From Octopus sinensis (taxonomy: Eukaryota), in assembly GCF_006345805.1 (NCBI RefSeq), contig NC_043000.1, positions 137,640,001 through 137,704,000 of the forward strand: DNA of 64,000 nucleotides, given 5' to 3'. Shown here in pieces: positions 63,941 to 64,000 of the stretch (positions within the stretch are counted from its first letter, which is position 1; every line of letters starts with the position of its first letter). The notes beneath the pieces were generated by a model. That model made no database searches. It saw only the letters and a program-made list of their open reading frames with translations, and was not told the origin of the DNA. The position numbers and the translations under genes were made by a program.

Positions 63941-64000
63941 CATATACATATGTATGACGGGCTTCTTTCAGTTTCTGTCTACCAAGTCCACCCACACGGC
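63585..64000 (-). mobile_element. SINE family B, running off the window end
   Basis: 3' body plus long internal microsatellite; head region cut by the window edge. Confidence 0.85.

Overview
AT-rich, microsatellite-saturated eukaryotic DNA. The SINE families and (TA)n/(TAA)n density look like a cephalopod (Octopus-type) genome; this is inferred from repeat content. No host gene, rRNA, true tRNA or CRISPR array can be supported, and most ORFs in the track are microsatellite translations. The window is almost all mobile DNA: three tRNA-derived SINE families (many with clear TSDs), R4/Dong-type RT+RLE LINE fragments in (TAA)n arrays (one 607-aa ORF), CR1/L2- and Tx1-type remnants, a Gypsy integrase remnant with PPT-LTR-PBS, and mariner-type MITEs. 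The main result is a set of small non-coding elements carrying type I hammerhead ribozyme (HHR) motifs, mostly embedded in (TA)n microsatellites. The best example (10528-11339) is a 353-bp tandem dimer with one HHR per unit and a 101-bp inverted terminal copy. This is the architecture of a retrozyme/Penelope-like non-autonomous element predicted to release a 353-nt RNA that could circularise. It sits in a ~2-kb cluster of four different HHR-like elements. A second canonical HHR lies at 42472-42548, and further variant-core or fold-back relatives are scattered across the window. All folds and alignments were done by eye.
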